A stretch of 64,000 nucleotides of DNA from Candidatus Tayloriibacteriota bacterium (GTDB lineage Bacteria; Patescibacteriota; Minisyncoccia; Phycocordibacterales; PALSA-1337): positions 155,787-219,786 of the forward strand of contig JACRJP010000004.1 of assembly GCA_016215455.1 (NCBI GenBank). The letters are read 5' to 3'. Below are positions 50,334 to 59,585 of this stretch, one piece after another. A model generated the notes under the pieces. That model worked only from the letters and a program-made list of their open reading frames with translations. It searched no databases and was not told the DNA's origin. The stretch's first letter is position 1, and each line of letters begins with the position of its first letter. The position numbers and the translations under genes are program-made.

Positions 50334-50897
50334 TCAATCTCGAAGAATGTCGAGCCGATGCAAAACGGTCCCAAAACTTTCTTGTTCCGGACCAGAGAGG
50401 TATTTCAGATAGGCGTTGGCCGCCTGAATGAACCCCTCCCTGTGATTTGCAAAACACCACCGCATAAAGACCTCAAGAGGAACTGGGCGTGCCCAGATGT
50501 AATCTCCATCAGGCTCCCTGCGCCAATCAGCTTGATTGATGTCAGGGAAAACATGTGAGGTTGCGGTCGGCAATGTCGTGAAGACTGGCGTAATATTGCT
50601 TACCCGCCACTCCGTGACGAGAAAGAAATACTTGGTGTGACTCGCGTAACTGCGATCACAAAAGGCTTCCGAGGAACTGATGACCGAGACACCTGTCTCG
50701 TTCAAGAGCTCTCTCGCTAAACAATGTTGAGGAGATTCTGACTCCTCCTTCATCCCCGAACCTCCGGGAAGTTTGACCTCATCGGTGAACCGGCTACTTG
50801 TAACCCCGATTACCGTCCATGTGGCGCCAATCTTGGCAAACATGGCCCCGGCGGCAAAAAACGTCGACGAATCCTTTTTCTTTGATTTCATTGGCAT
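50334..50897 (-). CDS. Nudix hydrolase (GC-rich island)
   Basis: Nudix box LPGGSGMKEESESPQHCLARELLNETGV. GC is about 52%. Confidence 0.65.
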   Translation of the reverse strand: MPMKSKKKDSSTFFAAGAMFAKIGATWTVIGVTSSRFTDEVKLPGGSGMKEESESPQHCLARELLNETGVSVISSSEAFCDRSYASHTKYFFLVTEWRVSNITPVFTTLPTATSHVFPDINQADWRREPDGDYIWARPVPLEVFMRWCFANHREGFIQAANAYLKYLSGPEQESFGTVLHRLDILRD

Positions 50898-50984
50898 CCT
50901 TACTCATGGAGAACCTTAAAAAATCACACGAATACATCGTGCGCGTGAGTGTTTGAAAATCACATCAAGGTTCTAGCTAAAATG

Positions 50985-51013
50985 ACTATACTACATAATA
51001 TAAATATAGTCAA
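50985..51013 (-). promoter_or_regulatory. Putative promoter TTGACT-17nt-TATAGT for the GC-rich Nudix gene
   Basis: Reverse complement of 50985-51013 reads TTGACTATATTTATATTATGTAGTATAGT. Confidence 0.3.
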
Positions 51014-51039
51014 TATCTCTATTCTAAACCTATACTACA

Positions 51040-51630
51040 TCAATTTTGAGCAAGGAAATTAGCCAAAAATGAGCGTCGATGAACAACTGACACTCCTTTG
51101 TTTCTCAGAGCTGTATAGTGGTTTTTAGTACCATATCCTTTATGCACTTCAAACCCGTATCCTGGATATTTTTTTGCCAACTGTGTCATCTTGCGATCAC
51201 GAAGAACCTTCGCAACAATGGAAGCAAGAGCAATAGCAAGCTCTTTTTCATCTCCTTTTATAATCGTTGTTTGATGTAAGTATTGTGCTGGTGCCTTAAG
51301 TCCCCCATCAAGAAGTACGTGAGATTTTTGGGGTGACACTTTGAGCTTCGTAAGCGACGTACTTAAAGCAGACCGAATCGCATAGGAAAGACCTTTTGAG
51401 TCAATTATCTTTTCACTGACAAATGTCACTTTTGTTTTCAGTAGTCCCTTTTTCTCAGCATCATATATTCGCTTGAACCACTCTTCTCTCTGTCGTTCAG
51501 AAAGTTTCTTTGAATCTTTAAAATTCTTAAAACTCAGTGCAATTCTTGGTACGAGTAAAACACACGCCCCAACAGCAACGGGACCGGCGATAGGGCCACG
51601 ACCAACTTCATCAATACCAATAAGATACAT
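51040..51630 (-). CDS. rnhB: Ribonuclease HII
   Basis: MYLIGIDEVGRGPIAGPV N-terminal catalytic motif (DEVGRG). Confidence 0.9.
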   Translation of the reverse strand: MYLIGIDEVGRGPIAGPVAVGACVLLVPRIALSFKNFKDSKKLSERQREEWFKRIYDAEKKGLLKTKVTFVSEKIIDSKGLSYAIRSALSTSLTKLKVSPQKSHVLLDGGLKAPAQYLHQTTIIKGDEKELAIALASIVAKVLRDRKMTQLAKKYPGYGFEVHKGYGTKNHYTALRNKGVSVVHRRSFLANFLAQN

Positions 51631-51638
51631 ATCTATTA

Positions 51639-52199
51639 CTACTGCACAATAACTGTCATTAAATTATTACTGAATCCAGGGCACTGCTGCGATGTAATTT
51701 TTCCATCAGTGTTATATGCATATAGGATATTAAGACCTGGACAAACTCTTCCTCCTTGCGGAGAACTCATCCACCAACAATTATTTCCTGTACCTGTACC
51801 AGGAGCACCAACTGGTGGTCCCTTATCTGATGTCGTATCACAGTAAGCGAAACCGTAATAACGCCATACTGTTGGACCTGCCTCATTACTCACTGGATCA
51901 ACCGGTACCTTAGACATATATTTTGGAACCAGAGCACTTATAAAACTAGCAGTCCAATCACCAGCTACCGCTGCTGAATATGCCCCGAGAGGAGGATATG
52001 CTCCATTATTATCCGATTGATATAAAGCGATAGCATTTCTAATCTGAGTCAGATGCTGTATTCGTAATGCATCTCGAGAACGAGCACGAGCCTGTGTTAG
52101 TGATGCAAGTACTACTGATGACAAAAGACCGATTATTGAAATAACAACAAGAAGTTCTATTAATGTAAAGCCCGCACTTTTCCGAGTTTGTATTTTCAT
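51639..52199 (-). CDS. Type IV pilin (PilA-like; candidate major pilin)
   Basis: KSAGFTLIELLVVISIIGLLSSVVL is a canonical prepilin motif and hydrophobic helix. The C-terminal region has Cys residues. Confidence 0.7.
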   Translation of the reverse strand: MKIQTRKSAGFTLIELLVVISIIGLLSSVVLASLTQARARSRDALRIQHLTQIRNAIALYQSDNNGAYPPLGAYSAAVAGDWTASFISALVPKYMSKVPVDPVSNEAGPTVWRYYGFAYCDTTSDKGPPVGAPGTGTGNNCWWMSSPQGGRVCPGLNILYAYNTDGKITSQQCPGFSNNLMTVIVQ

Positions 52200-52237
52200 T
52201 AGACCAATTCTAACATAATCATATATACTATAGACAT

Positions 52238-55200
52238 ATGTCTTCGCGATTTATCCATCTCCACACCCACAGCCACTACTCTCTCTTGAATGCGCTACCA
52301 AAAATCGATGAACTCATTGATGAAGCAAAGAGCTATGGTATGCATGCACTCGCATTGACTGACGCAGGTAATCTCTACGGAGCGGTTGAATTCTACAAAA
52401 CATGCAAAAAGAAAGAAATCAAACCCATTATCGGCATTGATGCATACGTTGCAGTACGTTCACGTAAAGATATGCAGGCGGGTATCGACAATCGCCGTAA
52501 CCGACTTGTTCTTCTCGCTAAAGACTACAAAGGATATCAAAATCTTGTAGCGCTTGTTACTCTTTCACACCTTGAAGGTTTCTACTACAAACCTCGTATC
52601 GATGCCGAGCTTATTGAAAAATATTCCGAGGGACTTGTGGCTATCGCTCCTTCATTCTCAAGTGACATCAGTGCTGCTCTCAAAGCAAAAGACATTGAAA
52701 AAGCAAAAACACTCATCGCTTTTTACACCAAGGTATATGGTCATGAAAATTTTTATATCGAAATTACCCGACACCCTGAAATTGATGGACATGAAGGTTT
52801 GATGAATCAACTCATTAAACTAGCGGGAGAAACAGGGACACAACTCGTTGCGGGACATGATATTTATTATCTCAAACCAGAAGATAAGATTGCTCGAGAA
52901 ACACTAACCCTCGTAAATACTCACGGAGATATCAGTGAGCGAGTTAATACTGATAACGATGATGACTACTCTTTCATTTCTCCTCTTGAAATGGAAAAAC
53001 GCTTCATGGATATTCCTCAAGCGATCGCTAATACCGTAAAAATTGCGGACATGTGTAATCTTGATCTTACGCTTGGTAAATGGATTTTTCCAAACTATAT
53101 TGTCGAAAGTGGTCTCTCATATGACGATGAACTTCGTCGTATTGCTTATGAAGGTATTCCAAAACGAGGGCTTGAGCCAACACCAGAAATTGTTGAGCGA
53201 CTTGAATATGAACTTAAGGTCATTAAAGATAAGGGATACCCTCAATATTTTCTTGTAGTATCAGATCTCCTCAAATACGCTCATGACCACGGAATCCTCA
53301 CCAACATTCGAGGTTCAGTTGCTGGTTCACTCACCACATATGTAACAGGAATTACCAATGTAAATCCACTTGAATACAAACTCCCCTTTGAACGATTTCT
53401 CAACCCTCAGCGACCTTCAGCACCTGATATCGACATGGACTATGCCGATAACCGTCGAGACGAAATAATTGAATACACCCGCAAGAAATACGGATACGAT
53501 AAGGTGGCTCAGATTGGTACATTCGGTACCATGATGGCCCGCGGTGCTGTTCGTGATGTCTCTCGTGCTATGGGCTACGACTATGAAGTTGGTGACCGAA
53601 TATCAAAACTCATTCCAATGGGTGCACAGGGTTTTCCAATGACAATTGATCGAGCACTTGAAGAAGTAAACGAATTAAAAGAAATCTATGAAAAAGATGA
53701 GACTGCAAAGCGTATCATCGACATGGCAAAAAAGATTGAAGGTTGTGCTCGTCACATCTCTGTTCACGCAGCTGGAGTGGTGATTGCTCCCCGCCCTCTC
53801 ATTGAATATGTACCTCTGCAGTACGATACAAAAGGTGAACAAAAGATTATTACTCAATACGACATGCACGCTGTAGGTGAAGATGGTATCGGACTTCTTA
53901 AATTCGACTTTCTTGGTATCAAAAACCTTTCAATTCTTGCTGATGCTGTTGATCGTGTAAAAAAGATTGAAAAAATCGATGTCGACATTGAAAACATTCC
54001 TCTCGATGATAAAAAAACATTTGAAATGCTTGCTCGTGGCGAAACGATCGGCCTTTTCCAGTTGAACGGAAGTGGAATGACCAAATTCCTTGTTGAACTC
54101 AAACCTTCAACAATCCACGATATCAATGCTATGGTCGCCCTCTATCGACCAGGACCGATCGAATCAATTCCTCAATATATTGAACGAAAACACGACCCAT
54201 CAAAAATCGAGTTCCTTGATCCACGGATGAAAACTATCCTCGAACGTTCATATGGTGTTATCACCTACCAAGACGACGTTATGATGATTGCTATCGAACT
54301 CGGTGGATATTCTTGGCTTGAAGCTGACAAGCTCCGTAAAGCGATGGGTAAAAAGATTCCAAAAGAAATGGAAGAACAGAAAGGAAAACTTTTTGATGGT
54401 CTCATAAAAAATGGCATGAAGGAAGCGAAAGCTAAAAAACTCTGGTCGCTCATTGAACCATTCGCAGCGTACGGATTCAACAAAGCTCACGCTGCAAGTT
54501 ATGGTCGTGTTGCCTACCAAACTTCATATATGAAGGCGAACTTCCCTGCTATATATATGTCTGCAGTACTCACCGCCGACTCAGGTGATGTAGAAAAGAT
54601 TGGTGAAATAATCACAGAATGTAAGCGTATGGGTATTCCGATTCTTCCACCAGACGTTAATGAAAGTTTCAGTCAGTTCACTGTGATCCGAGGAGAAATT
54701 AATCCTACAACTGGCGAAAAAGAAAAAGACCGTATTCGTTTCGGACTTGTTACTATCAAAAACTTCGGACAAGGTATTGCTACTGCCATCATTGATGAAC
54801 GTAAAAAAGGTGGGGCCTTTACCTCACTCATCAACTTCCTTGATCGAGTCAAAGATCGTAACCTTAATAAAAAATCTCTCGAATCACTCATCAAAGCAGG
54901 AGCACTCGATTGCTTTGGAGTTGAACGTGGAAAACTTCTTGGAAATATTGAAACTCTCCTTAATTACAACAAAGAGCATGATCGAACTCCAGCAGGACAA
55001 GATTCTCTCTTTGGTCTCATGTCTGACACATCAACTCTCCCAACTCTCAAACTTGCTGATGTCCCCCCTATCTCGCCTCGCGAAGCTCTCGTCTGGGAAA
55101 AAGAACTCCTTGGTCTCTATATTTCAGGTCACCCTCTCGATCGCTATCGAGCAATTATTGAGAAGCGCGATATGAACATCGTCAAAGCAAAAGAATTACT

Positions 55201-55453
55201 CACTGATGGTAAAGAGGTTATTTTTGCTGCAATCATAGAAGAAATAAAACCTATTATGAGTAAAAAAAGTGAGATGATGGCATTCCTCCGACTTACCGAT
55301 TTCACTGGTTCAATCGAGTCAGTTATCTTCCCCAAACTCTTCACCCAATACAAAAATCTCATGGTTGTCGACAAATGTCTTGCTATCAAAGGAAAGATGT
55401 CAGAACGTAATGGTCAGAAAAGTATTATTATCGACAAACTTCAAGAACTATAG
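52238..55453 (+). CDS. dnaE: DNA polymerase III alpha subunit (compact, 1071 aa)
   Basis: PHP domain HLHTHSHYSLL, a polymerase core, and a C-terminal OB fold. Confidence 0.95.
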   Translation: MSSRFIHLHTHSHYSLLNALPKIDELIDEAKSYGMHALALTDAGNLYGAVEFYKTCKKKEIKPIIGIDAYVAVRSRKDMQAGIDNRRNRLVLLAKDYKGYQNLVALVTLSHLEGFYYKPRIDAELIEKYSEGLVAIAPSFSSDISAALKAKDIEKAKTLIAFYTKVYGHENFYIEITRHPEIDGHEGLMNQLIKLAGETGTQLVAGHDIYYLKPEDKIARETLTLVNTHGDISERVNTDNDDDYSFISPLEMEKRFMDIPQAIANTVKIADMCNLDLTLGKWIFPNYIVESGLSYDDELRRIAYEGIPKRGLEPTPEIVERLEYELKVIKDKGYPQYFLVVSDLLKYAHDHGILTNIRGSVAGSLTTYVTGITNVNPLEYKLPFERFLNPQRPSAPDIDMDYADNRRDEIIEYTRKKYGYDKVAQIGTFGTMMARGAVRDVSRAMGYDYEVGDRISKLIPMGAQGFPMTIDRALEEVNELKEIYEKDETAKRIIDMAKKIEGCARHISVHAAGVVIAPRPLIEYVPLQYDTKGEQKIITQYDMHAVGEDGIGLLKFDFLGIKNLSILADAVDRVKKIEKIDVDIENIPLDDKKTFEMLARGETIGLFQLNGSGMTKFLVELKPSTIHDINAMVALYRPGPIESIPQYIERKHDPSKIEFLDPRMKTILERSYGVITYQDDVMMIAIELGGYSWLEADKLRKAMGKKIPKEMEEQKGKLFDGLIKNGMKEAKAKKLWSLIEPFAAYGFNKAHAASYGRVAYQTSYMKANFPAIYMSAVLTADSGDVEKIGEIITECKRMGIPILPPDVNESFSQFTVIRGEINPTTGEKEKDRIRFGLVTIKNFGQGIATAIIDERKKGGAFTSLINFLDRVKDRNLNKKSLESLIKAGALDCFGVERGKLLGNIETLLNYNKEHDRTPAGQDSLFGLMSDTSTLPTLKLADVPPISPREALVWEKELLGLYISGHPLDRYRAIIEKRDMNIVKAKELLTDGKEVIFAAIIEEIKPIMSKKSEMMAFLRLTDFTGSIESVIFPKLFTQYKNLMVVDKCLAIKGKMSERNGQKSIIIDKLQEL

Positions 55454-55489
55454 CGTCTCTACCAAAATAGGCTATTTTTTGATATAGTC

Positions 55490-57244
55490 ATGCGTATGAA
55501 TACACATGAAGAACTTCCACAGATCCGCCATTCTTTGGCGCATTTGTTAGCTGCCGCAGTCCAAGAACTCCACCCTGGGACCAAAAACACCATCGGCCCT
55601 GCTATTGACGATGGCTTCTACTATGACTTTGAATTCATGTCCCCTATTTCAGACAAGGAACTCCCTGCTCTTGAAAAGAAAATGCGATCACTTCTTCCAA
55701 CATGGAAAGAATTTACTCACAAAGAAATTTCAGAAAAAGAAGCTCGAGAATATTTTAAAGATAATCCTTACAAACTTGAATTAATTGAAGAAATCACAAA
55801 GAAAGGTGAGAAAATTACCCTCTACACGAGTGGTACTTTTACTGATCTTTGTCGTGGTGGTCATGTAGGATGTCCTGCAAAAGATATCAGAGCAGATGCA
55901 TTTCGTCTCACTCGAATAGCTGGTGCCTACTGGCGAGGTGACGAAAAAAATACCATGCTCACTCGTATATATGGTCATGCATTCGAGACGAAAGAGCGAC
56001 TTGATGATTACGAAACAATGCAAGAAGAAGCAAAAAAACGCGATCACAAGAAACTCGGTCGTGAACTTGGTCTCTTTACCATCTCACCTCTTGTTGGAGC
56101 AGGACTTCCTCTCATGCAACCAAAAGGTATGGTTATCAGAAAAGCGGTAGAAGACTATCTTTGGGAACTTCATAAAGTACGCGGCTACCAGCGTGTTTGG
56201 ACTCCTCACATCGCAAAGGAAGAACTGTATATCACATCTGGTCATGCTGCAAAATTTGGTGATGAACTTTTCCGTGTCCAAGGTAAAGATGAGAAATTCA
56301 TTATGAAACCGATGAATTGTCCTCATCACATGCAAATCTTTGCTGATAATCAATTCTCATACCGACATATGCCGGTACGCTACTTTGAACCTGCAACAGT
56401 CTATCGTGATGAGAAGACAGGGCAACTCGGAGGACTCACTCGTGTGCGTTCTATCACCCAAGATGATGGACATCTCTTCTGCCGTGTAAGTCAGATTAAT
56501 CAAGAAGTAAGTGCTATCGTCGATATCATTCGAAATTTCTACACAACCATCGGTCTCATGAATGACTACTGGGTAAGTCTCTCTGTACGTGGAGATGATA
56601 AAAGTAAGTACCTTGGAACAGATGAGGCTTGGGAAACAGCTGAAGCAGCACTCGAACAAGCAGCAAAAGATAATAAACTCAACTACAAGCGAGTTACCGG
56701 CGAAGCTGCATTCTACGGACCAAAACTCGACTTCATGTTCAAAGATGCAATTGGTCGTGAGTGGCAACTTGGAACTATCCAATGTGACTTCAACCTTCCT
56801 GAACGCTTTGACCTTTCATTTATCAATGAAAAAGGTGAGAAGGAACGACCGGTAGTCATCCACCGTGCTATATCAGGATCACTTGAACGATTCCTTGGAA
56901 TTATCATTGAACACTTTGTTGGCAAGTTCCCTCTCTGGCTTTCACCTGTACAAACTCGCATCATCCCTATCGGTGAAGCACATCATGCGGAAGCAATACG
57001 TATTCACGATATGCTCTCAGCTCTCGATATCCGTTCAGAAATCGACTTGAGCCATGACAACTTTGGTAAAAAGGTTCGAGCAGCAAAAACAGAACACATT
57101 CCTTATTTCATTATCATTGGAGATAAAGATATTGCTGCAGGAAAAATAACTCTTGAAAGTCGTGATAAAGGCCAAATTGGACAAATATCACCTGAAGAAT
57201 TGGTAGCAAAACTAACTCAAGAGATTAAAACTCGAGCACTTTAG
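55490..57244 (+). CDS. thrS: Threonyl-tRNA synthetase lacking the N-terminal TGS domain
   Basis: Editing-domain HxxxH motif (RHSLAHLL), class II catalytic core and anticodon-binding domain. 584 aa. Confidence 0.93.
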   Translation: MRMNTHEELPQIRHSLAHLLAAAVQELHPGTKNTIGPAIDDGFYYDFEFMSPISDKELPALEKKMRSLLPTWKEFTHKEISEKEAREYFKDNPYKLELIEEITKKGEKITLYTSGTFTDLCRGGHVGCPAKDIRADAFRLTRIAGAYWRGDEKNTMLTRIYGHAFETKERLDDYETMQEEAKKRDHKKLGRELGLFTISPLVGAGLPLMQPKGMVIRKAVEDYLWELHKVRGYQRVWTPHIAKEELYITSGHAAKFGDELFRVQGKDEKFIMKPMNCPHHMQIFADNQFSYRHMPVRYFEPATVYRDEKTGQLGGLTRVRSITQDDGHLFCRVSQINQEVSAIVDIIRNFYTTIGLMNDYWVSLSVRGDDKSKYLGTDEAWETAEAALEQAAKDNKLNYKRVTGEAAFYGPKLDFMFKDAIGREWQLGTIQCDFNLPERFDLSFINEKGEKERPVVIHRAISGSLERFLGIIIEHFVGKFPLWLSPVQTRIIPIGEAHHAEAIRIHDMLSALDIRSEIDLSHDNFGKKVRAAKTEHIPYFIIIGDKDIAAGKITLESRDKGQIGQISPEELVAKLTQEIKTRAL

Positions 57245-57271
57245 CAGATAAAATTCTGATAAAGTTTTTAT

Positions 57272-57308
57272 AAAAATCCCCATTGTGAATGTACGCTGGG
57301 GATTTTAT
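57272..57308 (+). terminator. Rho-independent terminator after thrS
   Basis: AATCCCCA (57275-57282) pairs with TGGGGATT (57297-57304), followed by TTTATAAT. Confidence 0.5.
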
Positions 57309-57340
57309 AATTGTCCTATTATTAATTAACTCCATAACTC

Positions 57341-57616
57341 ATGCTCGAAACTGAACCAAAATATTTTACTGATTTTAGAAAGATTGTACTCACAAGATTT
57401 GATCAGATAGATAAAAAGTTTAACTCTATTGAAAAAAGACTTGATGATGAGTTTGAAGGTATCAACGCACGACTCGATAGTCATGCCGAACAGATAGCTG
57501 AAATGGCGACTAACATCATCACCATCAAACACCTCCTCCATAAAAAAGCCGACAAAGGTGATGTGGAATCACTTGATCGACGAGTTACTTCTCTTGAAAA
57601 AGCAAGCAACATATAA
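57341..57616 (+). CDS. Hypothetical coiled-coil protein (91 aa) between two terminators
   Basis: Heptad-like charged sequence (IDKKFNSIEKRLDDEFEGINARLDSHAEQIAEM). Stand-alone transcription unit. Confidence 0.35.
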   Translation: MLETEPKYFTDFRKIVLTRFDQIDKKFNSIEKRLDDEFEGINARLDSHAEQIAEMATNIITIKHLLHKKADKGDVESLDRRVTSLEKASNI

Positions 57617-57650
57617 TAAAAGAACCGACATATGTCGGTTCTTTTATTAT
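57617..57650. terminator. Bidirectional terminator; 24-nt perfect palindrome AAGAACCGACATATGTCGGTTCTT sharing its core with the 26.8 kb terminator
   Basis: Core AACCGACATA..TATGTCGGTT is identical to the stem at 26804-26832. It sits between convergent genes. Confidence 0.55.
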
Positions 57651-57704
57651 ATGTTTCAGACAGCTGTACTCAGTAATTTAGACATTTTATACCCTCGCAA
57701 ACCT

Positions 57705-59057
57705 TTATATCTTACTCTTATTAAAGAGAAGATACATAACAGTTCCGAAGAGTACGAAGATAACAATAATTGCTACTGCGCCCCAAGGAACATTGTTGAG
57801 AGCAAGGAATGAAGATGCTGTCTGTGCTGATGCCTCTGGAGTTGCTGCAGGCTTTGCGGCAACAACAGGAGCCGTAGACTTACGAGCAACTTGCTGTTTG
57901 TAATTAACCTGGACACTTGTTGCACATGTAGTTGAGACTGTTCGTCCAGCTGAAGTAACAGTAACCGTAGCACTCTTACTTCCTGTTGCAGGATATGCCG
58001 TCACCGTCATTCGCTGTGAACCAATGAGTCCATCAGTACCTGTCCATGAGTATGCATAGACACCATTACCTCCAGTCGGAGTAGCTGTCCACGTAATTGG
58101 TGTACTTGGTGCTACATCTGTCTTATCTGGATAACATGTCACACCGAGAGTACCTGCTGTTGTATTTCCGTAGTATGAAGTATTTGTTGGGATACCAATA
58201 TTTACGTAACCACATGATTGAGTAACAACTCGTCCATTTGAACGAACAGTTACATTCGCAAACTTAGGACCAGTCGCATTGTATCGAACATTTGTATATG
58301 AATCTCCACCATAGATATGGTCACTGCCTGTCCATGAATATGTGTAGTATCCTGAACCGCCAGTAACAGAAGCTGTCCATGTAACATATTCACCAACCTG
58401 AGCAAAATTAACTGAAGGAGAACAGATTACTGAAATAGGTCCTGAGTCATAGTAACGGCCATCATAACGATTGTTACTGTAATCATAGTAATCGTATGAA
58501 TAATGACGATCGTTGTAATACGGTCCATCATAGTCATCATAACGACTTTCAACAGTTACAGAGTTTGAACAAGAAATTCGAATAGATTGATTTCCTGATG
58601 TAATTCGTACAGAAGCATTCTTTATACCAGAGTTACTGTATGAACGATAGAGAGTTGAACCTGATCCATTAAGACCATCAGTTCCATCCCAATCATACGA
58701 ATAACTACCTGTACCACCGTAGGCGTTAGCTCTCCATGTTACCGTTGTACCAGTTCGAGCATATGTAGGGTCGACATTACAAGAACCACTCAAAGAACCC
58801 TGGTATGGAGGATATGTTGGATATGAAGTGTTGTAATCACTATACACAACAGGAACTACACCAGGTGTAATAACAGTACCACCAGGACTATTAACGTTAC
58901 TATTAACGTTGTTACTGTTGGTATTATTAATCACTGATGGCTGATCATCTTCAAACACTCCGAATGGATCAAGAGGGTTAAAAGCTTGTGCAGAGATCGG
59001 AAACACAGACAAAACAAGCGCAATCGCAAGAATGCCGAAAATATTATTTTTATTCAT
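57705..59057 (-). CDS. Cell-surface protein with signal peptide, three Cys-bracketed PKD-like repeats and a C-terminal TM anchor
   Basis: Start at MNKNNIFGILAIALVLSVFPISAQA (ATG at 59057, preceded by an AGGAAA ribosome-binding site). Three repeats of about 80 aa, each with C...V(T)W-x-A...GG-x-G-x-Y-x-Y-x-W-x-G-(S/T)-D...C, e.g. YSWTGSD, YDWDGTDG, YSWTGTDG. C-terminus WGAVAIIVIFVLFGTVMYLLF. Confidence 0.5.
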   Translation of the reverse strand: MNKNNIFGILAIALVLSVFPISAQAFNPLDPFGVFEDDQPSVINNTNSNNVNSNVNSPGGTVITPGVVPVVYSDYNTSYPTYPPYQGSLSGSCNVDPTYARTGTTVTWRANAYGGTGSYSYDWDGTDGLNGSGSTLYRSYSNSGIKNASVRITSGNQSIRISCSNSVTVESRYDDYDGPYYNDRHYSYDYYDYSNNRYDGRYYDSGPISVICSPSVNFAQVGEYVTWTASVTGGSGYYTYSWTGSDHIYGGDSYTNVRYNATGPKFANVTVRSNGRVVTQSCGYVNIGIPTNTSYYGNTTAGTLGVTCYPDKTDVAPSTPITWTATPTGGNGVYAYSWTGTDGLIGSQRMTVTAYPATGSKSATVTVTSAGRTVSTTCATSVQVNYKQQVARKSTAPVVAAKPAATPEASAQTASSFLALNNVPWGAVAIIVIFVLFGTVMYLLFNKSKI

Positions 59058-59148
59058 ATATTTGTTTCCTATATTAGTCATGGTAAGCATTATATATTAT
59101 ATTTACTGAAAAGTCAATAGCACTAAAAATAGCTTACACAAAGGGTCT

Positions 59149-59523
59149 TTATCCAACCCTACCCCCATACAGAAGGGCCTGAATCTTAAGATTAGGCGGT
59201 TGCTGCCACGATCGGTTAGTCAGAGCGATCTCAACGTATGGGGTTTCAGGACCCAGATCAGGAGATGGAATTCTGGCGGTCAATATCGGAAGACGCGTAT
59301 CGTCCTTCCTTTCGACAATCAAACCGTTCCCTATAAAGAATTGCTTCACAATATCGACAAAGGTTTCATCTGCGACTGGCTCTTCGAGAAGGATCTCGAA
59401 GTCACTATCAGGCATTTGAGCCAATGGATTAGGATTGAGTTGTCCCTCAAAAACCCCAACGAGATAGTCCGAGAGACCTACACGAGGATCGATAGAAGTA
59501 GATCCGAGTTTTTTTACACTCAT
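59149..59523 (-). CDS. Hypothetical protein (GC-rich island)
   Basis: 124 aa at about 50% GC. No recognisable family. Confidence 0.3.
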   Translation of the reverse strand: MSVKKLGSTSIDPRVGLSDYLVGVFEGQLNPNPLAQMPDSDFEILLEEPVADETFVDIVKQFFIGNGLIVERKDDTRLPILTARIPSPDLGPETPYVEIALTNRSWQQPPNLKIQALLYGGRVG

Positions 59524-59585
59524 GAGTCAGAGATGTATGTGGTGTGATACGAAGAGTTTTCTCTCAATAACTTATCAGACCCCTA

